A program made the position numbers and the translations under genes. The notes under the pieces were generated by a model. The model did no database searches and was not told where the DNA came from. It saw only the letters and a list, made by a program, of their open reading frames with translations. DNA of 63,608 bases, the filler included, from Lenisia limosa (taxonomy: Eukaryota; Protista; Breviatea): assembly GCA_001655205.1 (NCBI GenBank). It is 16 parts of 16 records of this genome, joined end to end, with 100 filler letters (N's around TTAATTAATTAA, not from the genome) between each part and the next. Parts side by side here need not be neighbours in the genome. Positions count along the whole stretch, not along the records: positions 1 to 6,806 come from LPNZ01011580.1; positions 6,907 to 12,716 come from LPNZ01011173.1; positions 12,817 to 21,840 come from LPNZ01004105.1; 13 more parts are not named here. One strand, written 5' to 3'. Positions 1 through 13,057 of this stretch are shown here, piece after piece. Numbering within the stretch: position 1 is the stretch's first letter; every line of letters starts with the position of its first letter.

Positions 1-145
1 ATCCAAGATCATAGTGAAGCAACTTTTTTGATCATTTTGAGTGTCCCTGTTCTGGAAAATTTGAAAATTAACAAGGTCAAAAAAAACTCAATCTGTCTGG
101 GAATTTTGAATGTTGTCCGGAGCTTTGACTATATATATCATATGA

Positions 146-889
<744 letters not shown>

Positions 890-2542
890 GTGAGATACCC
901 ACACTCTTTCATATTGAAATAATCAATAACAATTGGAATATGATATGGTATATTTTTTCAGGTAATTTAATATTTAGTCAGGTTAAACTAACATATGCCT
1001 AAAAACAATTTTAAGGTGGTAGGTAGGTACAGTAGAACTACCAGTTATAGTTCACACGAGAATCTTGTTCAATTTTTTTGAAACCGAGTACAAAATTTAA
1101 AATTTGTTTTGGGGTAGAAAACAAACTTTTTGTTATTTGAAAACCTATATCCCTTGTACCAGTCCATGATCAATGTAAATGTTAATCGCTCTGGCTTCCT
1201 CTCCTCTCATCCACCAACTGCCGGTTGGAATTGGTTACTGAAAAGAGAATCGTGCCTTTTTTTCAAAGTTATTGTGAGTCTAATGACACAATAACCCTGT
1301 TTTGAGAGAGGGTAGACAAGAATCACGAAAAGTTCTGAGGGAGTCATATTTTGTTCATGTAAGTTGTAAGTACTTGACTTATAAAGAAGGGAAAAGTACC
1401 CACCTCAAGACATTTCTTCCGAGGATTATCTTCAACTTAGAAAACAGGTTCTCCTGAAAAACAGGCACCTGAGAGAGGAGTTAGCATCACAACTTCAAGA
1501 CATCACGAAGTTAACTGTTCTTCATTTTACCTCAAGAGAAAAAAGTCAGGTCCTGAAATTGACGCGTCGATGATTACTGTCTTCTTGAAAAGAAGTCTGT
1601 GCTAACTCCAAGCGTAAGGCCTTCCGCAAGAAGCGCCTAAAGCTCATCATAGGAGTCAGTGTTTGTGGGGTTCTGTTTTCCACCATGACATTTATCCCCA
1701 CCCCAACCTTTTCATTCAAGTGTTGTATTTTTACACTAAAGGGATAAAATATTGGTATTTATGTTGAGTTTATAAAAATTCAGTTTTTGTTTGGAACTCA
1801 AGTTACGCTCTTTTCCACTTTCCACTTACCTCACAGGCTCCCGAAGATTTTTGCCATCAGACAGGCTTGGATATGTTCCATAATCTCCGCTGACGACTAC
1901 GCCGAGTTCTCGGATGCCGATATCGAGGAAGAGGAAGAGGGAGGTAGGTGTTCGGGACCCCGAGAAGAGTGACAGAGGTCGATGTTGAGAATCAGTCTGT
2001 TTCTGTGGTACATTTATGCCAGGTTACAATTATCATAATAGAATATAACTACCACTTCCCCAAAAAACAAGTTCAAAAGTTAGGAACAATCCAATTCCAG
2101 TAGAGAGGAGTATGGCAAGGAATAGCATACAAAACTCGAACTACTTTGGTGACACTTAGGGATAGTCACACGTTGATCTACGTCCCACACCAAGAATAAC
2201 AATCTCGTTGGTTAAAAAAAATCTAAAAATATTCCTAAATTTCTGTCAACGAAGTTTTCCTTTGTTGTTGAATGTGCTCTTAGGCTGTCTAGTCCATTGC
2301 TAATAATCATAAACTATAATGTTAGTTATTCAACAAATCATATCAAATATTTGTAGTATGTGAGGGCTGTCATGCAATATCAAGTTGTTGGCTACATATC
2401 ATATATATATATCTTGATGTTATAATCAGAACTCAGTGTTGAATTGATAACACTTTGACATAAACACTATATACTAGCTTTGGCGTATTTACAAATTATG
2501 TTTTGCAATTTAACAAGATTGAATTCAATCTACCCTACCCAC

Positions 2543-4835
2543 CTATGGCATCCTTCAGGTGCGCGATGCTGGTTATCTGCTTCGACCAAATCCTCTGCGT
2601 GTTTCTAAAATGTCAGGTTCCATTAATACTCAAAATAACAAGGAGAAATATCATCTTCAGTATTCCCCCCGCCGCCCATAGCCCCACTGCTTCTCTCTGC
2701 CTCAGTTCGGCCTTGGCGGCACGGGTTTCATTGCGCAATGTCTCTTCAAGCAGCGAGAAGTCAGCAGCCGCGGCCGCACTGCCCTCGGTTCTTGCTACCT
2801 CCTCTCTGGACACCAGGGTGCGCTGGGAGGTGAGAACAGTGACATAATGATGAAATGAAATACAATGACAATGTACTTGAAAATATTAGCGGGGCTAAAT
2901 CTCTATACTGAATGTGATCACCCCCCCCCCAACCTTGAAGGCCTGGGCCTGAGCCTCACGGTCTGCTTCACTAGCAAGCCTCGCCTCCTGTACACTCTAA
3001 ACACAGTTAATCACGGCGTTCTCAAGCTACCATTGAAATGTTACTATCCAAAGGAATCTGGAAATTTCACTCCCAAGAACAGAAACTCACACCCAACTAT
3101 CATACGAGACTGAATTTCTCGACAAATCCTCGATAAATATCGATATATGACCGGTCTGTTTCGGACTGTAAGGAAAATATACCCTCAAAAACCAATCACC
3201 CCTCGCCACATTAACAGCGGTCTCAAGTTGGGCCAAGAGAGTAGCAATACGTCGATCAGCAGCATCAAGGGAACGTTGGGTAGCATGGAGTGCCTCAGAT
3301 TCGGCTCGGAGGCTCTTCCTAAGGCTGTCTTCTGACTTCTGACTCTCTTCATAGGCCTTACGAAGACGTTCTTGCAGCTAGAAAAGAGATGAAGATGTTT
3401 CAGGATATTGCGTGAGGGAGGGGGAAAATATCGGTGTAATATGCCATCTTGATAGAAAGTATGAAAATGTATATTACAAAACAACGTTCCAACAACCCCA
3501 CAGTAGAAACAGTTTCTNNNNNNNNNNACGTGAGGGAGGGGAAAAATATCGGTGTAATATGCCATCTTGATAGAGAGTATGAAAATGTATATTACAAAAC
3601 AACGTTCCAACAACCCCACAGTAGAAACAGTTTCTNNNNNNNNNNTGATATACATAGGGATTCCCTACGAGACTGAATTTCTCGACAAATCCTCGATAAA
3701 TATCGATATATGACCGGTCTGTTTCNNNNNNNNNNAAGAACAGTGACATAATGATGAAATGAAATACAATGTACTTGAAAATATTAGCGGGGCTAAATCT
3801 CTATACTGAATGTGATCACCCCCCCNNNNNNNNNNNNNNNNNNNNNNNNNNNNNNNNNNNNNNNNNNNNNNNNNNNNNNNNNNNTCATTGCCATTCCAAA
3901 CACCGCCTACCAAGTTCTTGGGCCCGCTTCTCAGCAGCCCTTCGAGCTCTGGTGGAGTCTTCCGAAGCCAATTGCAAGGATTGCAGCTAGTGAAGTCAGA
4001 CCCGGGCGAATGGGAAGAAAAAAGCATCAGAAAATAAACAACCACACCTGCAACAAGATTTGAGGAAATCAAGCACACAAGAAGCCCCAACCATCCTTGG
4101 CTCTAGATTCAGCCAACTCGGACTCAGCCAAATGGGCAGCAGTTCTCAGCTCTGNNNNNNNNNNATGTTCATTGCCATTCCAAACACCGCCTACCAAGTT
4201 CTTGGGCCCGCTTCTCAGCAGCCCTTCGAGCTCTAGTGGAGTCTTCCGAAGCCAATTGCAAGGATTGCAGCTAGTGAAGTCAACCACACCTGCAACAAGA
4301 TTTGAGGAAATCAAGCACACAAGAAGCCCCAACCAACCTTGGCTCTAGATTCAGCCAACTCGGACTCAGCCAAATGGGCAGCAGTTCTCAGCTCTGTATT
4401 GTGCTTATTTAACCTCTCCTCGGCATCTTCGCTGATCTGAAGTCGCGCGGTCCGATCCTGAACCTGTCGCCGCAGGTCTTCGAGTTCATAATGCGCCTGG
4501 AGGGGGGGGTGATGGATGAAAGTATCATTAACTAAATAGGAATTATGACTCTCTGCTAAAAAAAAAATTGTATATGTACATGTATATATACTACATATCG
4601 ATATGTATATTATATGATATAGACAAGAGAGCCAGGTGCAGCACAAAAACAAGACAAAACATCGCCCACTAACATTGACGTTTTCAGCATTCTGGGTCTT
4701 CATGGCTTCAAGCTGCTTCTCAAGGTCCTCAACCAGCGAAGCTTTGTCCGTCTCGCCCCTTTCCATAGAGGCTTGCAGGCGATTCAGCTTGTCGGTTAAA
4801 ATGACGACCGTGTCACTGACGGACTGGTGCGCGTT
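2543..4835 (-). CDS. Multi-exon coiled-coil protein of unknown function (partial)
   Basis: GT-AG-bounded exons encode heptad-like segments (AHYELEDLRRQVQDRTARLQISEDAEERL, SVQEARLASEADREAQAQAFK, DFSLLEETLRNETRAAKAELRQRE). The model is disrupted by duplicated assembly blocks. Confidence 0.55.
3105..4400. repeat. Near-identical duplicated blocks separated by short N gaps (probable haplotype/assembly redundancy)
   Basis: Examples: 3410-3517 ~ 3529-3634, 3105-3165 ~ 3668-3725, and 3885-4154 ~ 4165-4395. Each boundary is an N gap, mostly about 10 N. Confidence 0.7.
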
Positions 4836-6336
4836 CTAAAATAGTGAACTTTTCGCACTTGATCTATTTAACAAGAGATATTTTGGGATAGGTTCCTCAA
4901 TCCTCATTTCTTACTGTATAAGGTGGGGGCGGCGGGAACTTTATCAGTCATTATTTATTTTTTGAAGAAGTACGTGATCTAATATTTTATCTGAGAGTAT
5001 AATATTACGAGATTCACAAGAAAGTAGAAATAACCAGGATCCAATAAAATCAATTGCTTACCCCAAACGCTCTACTGTGAGTGGCTGGTGTTGACATTTT
5101 CAATGCTCGGCTTGGTTTCTGATAAGACGAGAACAGCGTGTTGATAATTCCAAACAATTGAAAGGAATTGGATTGTTGAAGGAGGTGCTGCAGATACTTC
5201 AAAAGACTAAATAATGAAATAATTTTTTTCTGATTCCCATAGCAAATTGGTCAGTTCCAACCTTGAAACTTGGGAGTGTCGGGGATTCGGGGGGAGGAGT
5301 CAAGAANNNNNNNNNNNNNNNNNNNNNNNNNNNNNNNNNNNNNNNNNNNNNNNNNNNNNNNNNNNNNNNNNNNNNNNNNNNNNNNNNNNNNNNNNNNNNN
5401 NNNNNNNNNNNNNNNNNNNNNNNNNNNNGAGTGAAGCTAAAAGAATAAGCAATAAAATAAGTAACCAATGTCAGAAACTGGGGGAGAGTCCTGTGGCAGA
5501 ATGCTCTGGGGATCAAGCTTTAAAACAATGGTTAGGAAGAGAGAAACAAATAAAAGAACAGTTTGATGTACTATTTTGGTTTAGATGATATAAATATCCT
5601 CAATGGGGATAGAAGAGTGTGAGGAAGGTTTTTTACATGGTTAAAAAGGAACTCTATAAAATTTCTTAACTCCAAATCTGCTTTTAAGTTTGCTGCTACT
5701 AGTATCACATGTAAGTTTGATCAACTAAAGCGCCTACATACCAGTAGGAAGCATCCGCCAACACATACAAGACTTGCTCTGAACCTTAGAAACCTCCAAA
5801 TGCTGCTTCACATAATTCAGGGGTTTTCCCCTTCCATTTAACTTCTTGTGTACACAGTCAAAATGTTCCAATTTTTGGCCTTTTTTTAGAGCTTTCTTGC
5901 AGCTTCCGCAGTGCCAATCAGACTTTCAGACGGATATAAAGTGTTAGAGAAACTACGCAACAGTAACAGTACCCCCTCCCCTCCTCAAACAGCCATTTTT
6001 GGCCCTTTTACCCTCGGTTAGGCCACATTCGATCGTTAAAATAGATGGGATTGAAAAATGTTTCAATGGGTCATCAATGACATAGGAGAATTTTTCGGAG
6101 TATTATTTTCAAAACTGCATTTACTGTGATGACTTTTTGCCAAAACTCTCCATGTGACTGAACCACCTTAAGTCGGCTAACGTCAGTGGAATATTGTTCT
6201 TTGGTTACTGGTAGTCCATGAGTTACGATTTCTGACACCTGAATCCGTGAAACCTCCAAAAGCCATTACTCTTTTCTCCTTTTCATCACAAATAAGGTTA
6301 TTTTTTAAAATAAAAATTAACACCAAAATAGTAATG

Positions 6337-6712
6337 CATATGCTCAAGGTCCAAAATTATGTCGTTAATTCGAATTAATGTCGTTTACGGTCGCCATATC
6401 AGCTATTCCCCTTCAAAACAGAAATATATTTCTGAGATACACACTATATTTATTTATGAAGGGAAACAAAGAAAAAAAATATATTTCAAAAAAAAATTTT
6501 GCAACATCAGTAAACTGTATCGCGAAAATTTAATTGTTTTAGCGCCACGCTCGCGCAATTTTTTTTCAGTTTACGCTCGAATTTTTCTCAGAGTATGTCC
6601 TTTTTACGAGTTAAATTGTTGTGAAGTTGACCGTAACATGAAAAAGAGACTGTCACAGATAATTTTGACAATATTTCGAATTAACGACATAGTTTAGGAC
6701 CTTGAGCATATG
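6337..6712. mobile_element. MITE-like element with ~38-bp terminal inverted repeats
   Basis: CATATGCTCAAGGTCCAAAATTATGTCGTTAATTCGAA (6337-6374) is inverse-complementary, with 3 mismatches, to TTCGAATTAACGACATAGTTTAGGACCTTGAGCATATG (6675-6712). The interior is non-coding. The TSD is TA or the palindromic CATATG. Confidence 0.75.
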
Positions 6713-6850
6713 ATATATATACTGGTATATTATATGATATATATATTATATAGTCAAAATGCGGATCACTGGACAAAATGCGGATCACTTTTTTTGGGAC
6801 TGTTCTNNNNNNNNNNNNNNNNNNNNNNNNNNNNNNNNNNNNNNNNNNNN

Positions 6851-6862
6851 TTAATTAATTAA
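6851..6862. other. Artificial scaffold-joining spacer (N-run + TTAATTAATTAA + N-run); 15 copies
   Basis: Identical 12-mer with stops in all frames, flanked by N-runs, at 6851, 12761, 21885, 24847, 25990, 27243, 34379, 41751, 44573, 46317, 49238, 54380, 59529, 61266 and 62433. Genes are truncated at these points, so adjacency across them is not biological. Confidence 0.95.
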
Positions 6863-7808
6863 NNNNNNNNNNNNNNNNNNNNNNNNNNNNNNNNNNNNNN
6901 NNNNNNGGGGGGGGGGGGTAAAAGCATGGGGTAAATAGTTTTTAGATATGCCACCCTGCCCCTGCCCCATTCAGCCACAACATACATCACCACTCCAAAT
7001 ATAACTGAGCACTGAGCCGAGGAAGGAGACACACCGACACACCAACACCAACTTTTTTTTCAACATGTCAACATTGTTTTCAACATATCAATTTGTTTGC
7101 TGCAGCTTTTGGGTGAACTTCCCTGACCGCCAGCGGGTCAGCAGATGTATTGATGTATTGCTAGCTACGCAGGCCAACTGCCACTGAATCACTGAATCCT
7201 GACTGAATCTCATAAGGTTATTACTCCCGGGCCGCAATTTTTCTAGGCCACCAAGTTTATACTTCTGGGTTTACTTTGGGTCTTTGGGTTTACTGTTACA
7301 CTGTTACTACTTGGTTACTACTGGCCCACTGGCCCAAATTGAACCCGGGAATTGATCTAATTATTGGATTGGAGGAGGAGGTAAAAAAAAAAAAATCTAA
7401 GGTGTGACCCCCCCCCCCNNNNNNNNNNNNNNNNNNNNNNNNNNNNNNNNNNNNNNNNNNNNNNNNNNNNNNNNNNNNNNNNNNNNNNNNNNNNNNNNNN
7501 NNNNNNNNNNNNNNNNNNNNNNNNNNNNNNNNNNNNNNNNNTCACCCCTGATTCCAGAGATGTGTCATTGACAATCAAGGTTGGGGTGGGGTGTCACTAT
7601 GTCATTTCACTTGGTGGAGCATAAACAATAATATAGATATACCCAATAAGAGCTAAGAGGAATATACTCCAAACTTGCAATCATATATTGTTTTATTAAG
7701 ATATTCCTTACTAACAGATTGATAAAATATATCAAGTGACCTGTTTATCTCCGATGTATATCTGTCTGTTTACCTCAAAGTTATAACATTTAGTATTTGA
7801 TAGAAATA

Positions 7809-7896
7809 AACCCACACTTTATTCTTCTGCTTACTCGCAACCCACCCTTTATTCTTCTTCTTACTCGCAACCCACCCTTTATTCTTCTTCTTACTC
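7809..7896 (+). repeat. 30-bp minisatellite, ~3 units
   Basis: The unit AACCCACCCTTTATTCTTCTTCTTACTCGC is repeated just upstream of a putative AG acceptor at 7900-7901. Confidence 0.85.
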
Positions 7897-9363
7897 TCAA
7901 GGTTCTTCGTCTGATAGGAAAAAGTACTTCCACTGTGGATGGTATCTCATACACACAGTCATCAGTTCTTGGTGGTGACAGCACCGCATGTGTTACGATT
8001 GTTACATCTAAAGGTGGGACCCATCTTCACCATTTTGCTCACATTTTAAACGCATTTTCGCCTTTTCTATTTAACGACATATTCCAACAAACTCCCTCTC
8101 CACCTCACCCATAAAACAATTATTAAGGCTATTAAAAGAGTCATTTTTGATGAGACATTGATACTCGTTGAATGAAAAGGGAGTTAAAGACCAAACAGCG
8201 GGCGCGCCCGAATAAAGTAATACTATCAATGTTAAAGAAATGGTTGCTCTGCACACATATATTTTAGTTTGGTTTTGTGTTCGACCTAGGGTTATAAGTA
8301 TAAACAAGTAGATGGGAAGTAAGTTGATTTTTAACAATTTTGTGCCGCAGTAATAAATGGTTACAAAGTCGAATTTTTATAATTAACTTCCTCATGTTCG
8401 TGTGCCCTTTTTCCCTCTTTCAAACTTGATTTAGTTATAATACTGTTCATATACTGTATAAGAGAAAGAGATTGAGAAAAGCTGCAAAATCAATCATTCC
8501 TGGGAAAAATTAATGACCGCAAATGAACTGAACGGTTCATTCGAACAAGTGCAACCTACCACCCCATTTATATACCCTCTAGGTTCGACCAAAGATCTAA
8601 ATTTTCCTTTTAGATTTAAAGCGAGATGTAGATAATACTACTAACCCCTCGTAAAAAACTGTTCAATTGCATAAACCTTGCATTACCGAGAAGAAAGGCT
8701 CGAGAGAACACAAAGATCCTCTGTTTCAGAGAAAGCCAGAATGATGGATTGTTGGATACTTCCTTGGGCAAATTCCTGATTTCTCGATGTTCAATGCATC
8801 TCTTTCTCTTTTCTTTTCAAATTGTATCTTTCAATAACAATCCATTCAGTAAAGGATAGGGATCAGGAAATGCTTTCCAAAAAAGAAATAGAAAAGAACA
8901 CTTCTTTGATTTTTTTTTCTTCCTATTTTTTTTTTTTCTTTTTCAAAAAGAACCAAACTTGTGCAAGACTCGATCCCAAAAAGTTCGATGCACATCTTGC
9001 TTTGAAACTTAGATTTGAAAACCTCCTATCCAGCTTGCCGCTTGTGTTTCTCCTTTAAATATATTTATCGAGAGTATTATATAATTCGTTCTTCAATTCT
9101 TCTCAACAAAAGCGAATTTTTTTTTTTTCCCTTATTTACGGCAAGGAAGTTGGAAACTCATTTCAACAAACTCTAGCCACATAAAGTGGATACCTTAAGG
9201 TGGTCGAACGAGGCCTGAGCAGCAACCACACTTTTATGGTTGTGAGCAACCACTTCCATACGAAAATTCAAGTAAAAATCTTAGTTTTTATTTTTACTTT
9301 TTCCAAGTAATGTTTTTTTAAAAAAAAAAATATGATAACGTCTTGATGTTGACATGTATCCAG

Positions 9364-9710
9364 GTCACGATGTTCTCCTCAATCAAGGAGCCGTCATTGA
9401 CATTCGCGGTGCATCAGTCTCAATGGGTTCCGAGGAGCCATACAGATTACGGGTATGAATGTGATGATACTTTCAACAAATGCCAGGTTCTTATTTCTCG
9501 TTTAGGTACAAGTTGGACAATGGACATCCATTACTGATGTTTCCTCCCAGCACAATGGTTTGTTGATTTCCCCAAAAATATTTTCCTCATGTTAGTTTTT
9601 TTCAATATTCTTTAAGTTGTTTTATACATTTCCCCTTTTATTTCTTTCTTAAAAATGGGAAAGCGCTCCTTGATGATATCCCCTTAGTTGAGACCCCAAA
9701 TTCCGATTAA
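9364..9710 (+). CDS. 3' exons of a hypothetical spliced gene
   Basis: GT-AG exons join in frame: GHDVLLNQGAVIDIRGASVSMGSEEPYRLR / VQVGQWTSITDVSSQHN / ..GKALLDDIPLVETPNSD*. No family recognised. Confidence 0.4.
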
Positions 9711-10147
9711 ACTTGTTTTCACAAAATGAAAGACCTAACAACCCCATCATTACCCTTGGCCTGTTTTTTTTTATATATCACNNNNNNNNNNNNNNNNNNN
9801 NNNNNNNNNNNNNNNNNNNNNNNNNNNNNNNNNNNNNNNNNNNNNNNNNNNNNNNNNNNNNNNNNNNNNNNNNNNNNNNNNNNNNNNTCTTGTCATTTTT
9901 TCGGTAAAATTCCTCGAAATTTTTTTTAATCGTACATGTCCAAGATATTTTGGAATCAACTTGCAATTTACCTTTTTAGATTTTGATGTAAGTGAAAGCT
10001 CAAACGTTTCACTCAGACCTTGGTACTCTTGAAGCAAAAAGAAATCGATGTGACGTTTTTCTGTATATTTTGCTGATATTTATTTATATTTGATTCTTTG
10101 GCAGTGATTGCAGGTAGAAAACTGCATTAGAATAATGAACAACAAAG

Positions 10148-11552
10148 TTACTCCTCGGCGGCGGCCTTGGCGAGGGCAGACTGAATGATCTGCTGGGCAC
10201 GAGCGCGGCGGGTGACGCGGGTAGTGCGGAGCTTCTTCTGAACCTTCTTGTACTCCTTCTTCTCGGTGAGCTTAGCCTCGGGGTTGGCACGGATGGCGGC
10301 GTGGGTCTTCTTGTAGATCTCCTCGAGGTCATCAGCCTTAACACCAGCCTTGACGAAGCGAGAGAACTGCTTGGCGTAGCGGTCCTTGTCCTCCTCCTCG
10401 AGTTGGCGCATGTAGTCAGCAACATGGCCGCCGAAGATGTACTTGCCGAGGGTCTCGGAGTCCATGTTCTGGAGGGTGAAATGGATTCAGGGTGGGGGGG
10501 ATTAGAAAAGGATTAATGCTCAGACGAACGAGGTAATCATCACTTAGAATAAGAACAGGTCTGTAAGTTTTGTCTTCATTGCAAAATAAACAGCCAGATT
10601 TGAAATAAGCTCACCTTCGACTCGGCGTCGTAGCCGGGGAAACGCTTCTCGTTGTGAGGGATGAGGATACCGGCATCACAGGCACCCTTCATGGCAGCGA
10701 AAACGCGAGCACCAGTGGAGGCGCGAGCGAGACCGAGGTCGAGGTTAGCAAGGAAAGGGCGGGGGCCATCTCCAGCCTCAACGGTGTAATCCTCACCGAC
10801 GTTCTGGAAGAGATGAGAAGAGTGGGGGGGTAAATATGGAAATAAAAAATTGATCTCAGACGAACGAGTTAATCATCACTTTGGATAAGAACAGGTCTGT
10901 AAGTTTTGTCTTCATTGAAAATGGAAACAGGAGAACAAAACCCTCATACCTCAGTGTTGCCTTCGTAGACCTCGTCCATCTTGAGAGTCTTGAGAAGACG
11001 ACGACCGCAAAGGAGCCCAGTGGCGTAGCAAGCAGCCCAGTTAGTCAAACCGAAGTTAAGACCGTAGCGGGGGAGCTCATGAGCATAAGCAGCGCACATG
11101 ACAACATCACCGACAACCTTGGCGTACACGATCTAAAAAGCATGAGATCCCTCAATCATGAAGAAAAAGATTGGTAATTCAACAAACCTGGCAGATAACA
11201 TCCTTGTTGGTGATACGAACGACGAAACGGTACTTGGGAGAAGAGTACTTGTTCTTGGCCTGAGCGGTGAGGCGCTTGCGGGCATAGTAGTCAGTCTTGC
11301 CCTCTAAAAAGAGTTAAAATAGCAAAAGTAATACCATTTTCAAGCAATAGAGGTGCTGGTGAGTTCACCCCGTCGTGACGGTGGGTTTTCGCGAACAATT
11401 CACATTGTAGGCTACTGACCCAAGCTCTCACCGAAACTAACCGCGGCGACGACGCTGCTTGACCTGGAAGCGCTTGAAGTAAGCCTTGTTCTTAACGATC
11501 TTAATGTTCTAAATACGTTAGCGAGGCCAGACTACTTAATTCTACTCACCAT
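10148..11552 (-). CDS. RPL5: 60S ribosomal protein L5 (uL18), complete, 6 coding exons, 292 aa
   Basis: Exons 11550-11552, 11442-11508, 11188-11303, 10950-11132, 10615-10803 and 10148-10468, all GT-AG, total 879 nt. Translation: [113 protein letters not shown]. Confidence 0.98.
10515..10585 (-). ncRNA. Intronic box C/D snoRNA, copy 1 (double guide for SSU rRNA)
   Basis: Lies in RPL5 intron 5 on the sense strand. Order: C box ATGAAGA, guide TTACAGACCTGTT, D' CTTA, C' GTGATGA, guide CTCGTTCGT, D box CTGA. The guides are antisense to the conserved 18S motifs AACAGGUCUGUGA and ACGAACGAG. Confidence 0.85.
10851..10921 (-). ncRNA. Intronic box C/D snoRNA, copy 2 (paralog of copy 1)
   Basis: Lies in RPL5 intron 4. 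Boxes and both guides match copy 1, while the flanking intron sequence is unrelated. Confidence 0.85.
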
Positions 11553-13057
11553 TATGAAATAAAAAGGAAGAAAAAAAGAAGAGCAAAAATGTTAAAAGAG
11601 AATGAACTGAACTGAGGTCATCCATTTGCTTAGTAATCACAAATGTTAACATTTTTCTCTTTTCCGGTCTACAGTGGTGGTGAGAGATGACCTGAGGAGA
11701 TGTGATGATTGATGAGACACACAGACAAAGGCAGTGCAGGGCCACCACAGGGCGCAGCGAGACAGGACAGTGTTCCGAAATACCCCCGGGGCCCTTCATC
11801 CCTAAGGGCCCCTGAAGACTTTGCCGAAATGCGATATTTAAGCTAGGCTCAGCCTTTTCCTAGCTAGTTTCATATTTAGTAGGTTTGTGGCTCCATAGTG
11901 CCCTAAACGCTCCTTCGTAACTTCCTTAGGTCGGAGCCTTTTTTTTGAGGAATTTTTTGTGTTTTACTTGCCCTGATGTGAAGTTCTCAAGTGCTGTGTA
12001 CTCTTAATAACTGTTGGTTATAGAATTAAGGCATTCACAATTACAATAGATTGGAATCATGGCGGTGAAAGTGACCCTCCTTGTCCACAAGCAGATCATG
12101 GAGGCGGCTGTCATTCCTTGGATTAAGGCTATGTTCCAACATTCTGTCCCTGATGATCTGTCATTAAATGAAGCTGTTCTTTGGCAGTAATCATACCCAC
12201 AACTCTAATCAGGGCTGAGGCGACAGTGGTTATTCCGCTTCCATACTACAAAGTTCTCAAAAATGGCCTTCCCGTCGGCTATATGCTGTGCATTCGCAAG
12301 AAGGCATATACTATGGCTTCTTTAATAGAGGCCTTCGCTGTGCAACCGACATTGTAAGTCGATGCATACTTACTTTGTTCTGTTTTTTATGTGTTTTGAG
12401 AGAGTTTAAAAGAAGAAATAACAACGATTTAGTTCCATCACTACGTGAATATCATATGGAGAAACGGCCAACAACCAAGGTCGACCATGAGACAATCGCT
12501 ACAAAACGACAAAAGAAGAAGCAGGCTGAAGGAACGCCTATAAAATGGGAGCGTATCTTCTCAAAGATCTTCAGCTCCAAGGACAAGGTCTGTGGTAACC
12601 AATGTTTCCTTATAACTATTTATCATCATAGCTATATATTTATAGCATATCATATCTCACACCGTCCATATATCTGTGAATTTTCCTCTATCTGTGATTT
12701 TTTTTTATATATACGANNNNNNNNNNNNNNNNNNNNNNNNNNNNNNNNNNNNNNNNNNNNTTAATTAATTAANNNNNNNNNNNNNNNNNNNNNNNNNNNN
12801 NNNNNNNNNNNNNNNNACAGTCTTCGAAACTCTAAGGAGTGAAGGGGGGGTTATAGTCAATTGTTGAGTTCTATTGTTTTATTATTATTATAATTTGACT
12901 TGCTTTCTGCATCGCCACATCTTTTATTTTTTAACTACAGACGCTGCCACCCCCTTTTAAGATAGCCCCAAATTCTATGTTCCCAGTTACCCTGTAACCA
13001 TTGTAGTCTGGCTTTGTTTGTCCTAGCTGCTCTCATGAGTCACACATTTTCCCCCAG

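Noticed and set aside
3105-4400. Tandem exon duplication / mutually exclusive exons
   Set aside because: Each copy boundary coincides with an N gap, which points to haplotype or gap-filling redundancy.
11787-11832. Hairpin + CTGAAGA...GAAA hammerhead-like arrangement
   Set aside because: It lacks the UH cleavage triplet before stem I, and stem II cannot close (C-C).
12060-12360. Reading frame with several in-frame TAA/TAG, suggesting stop-codon reassignment
   Set aside because: RPL5 and RPC2 end in TAA, and eIF6 and the CaaX protein end in TAG, at the expected positions, so the standard code applies. This segment is more likely a decayed gene or transposon.
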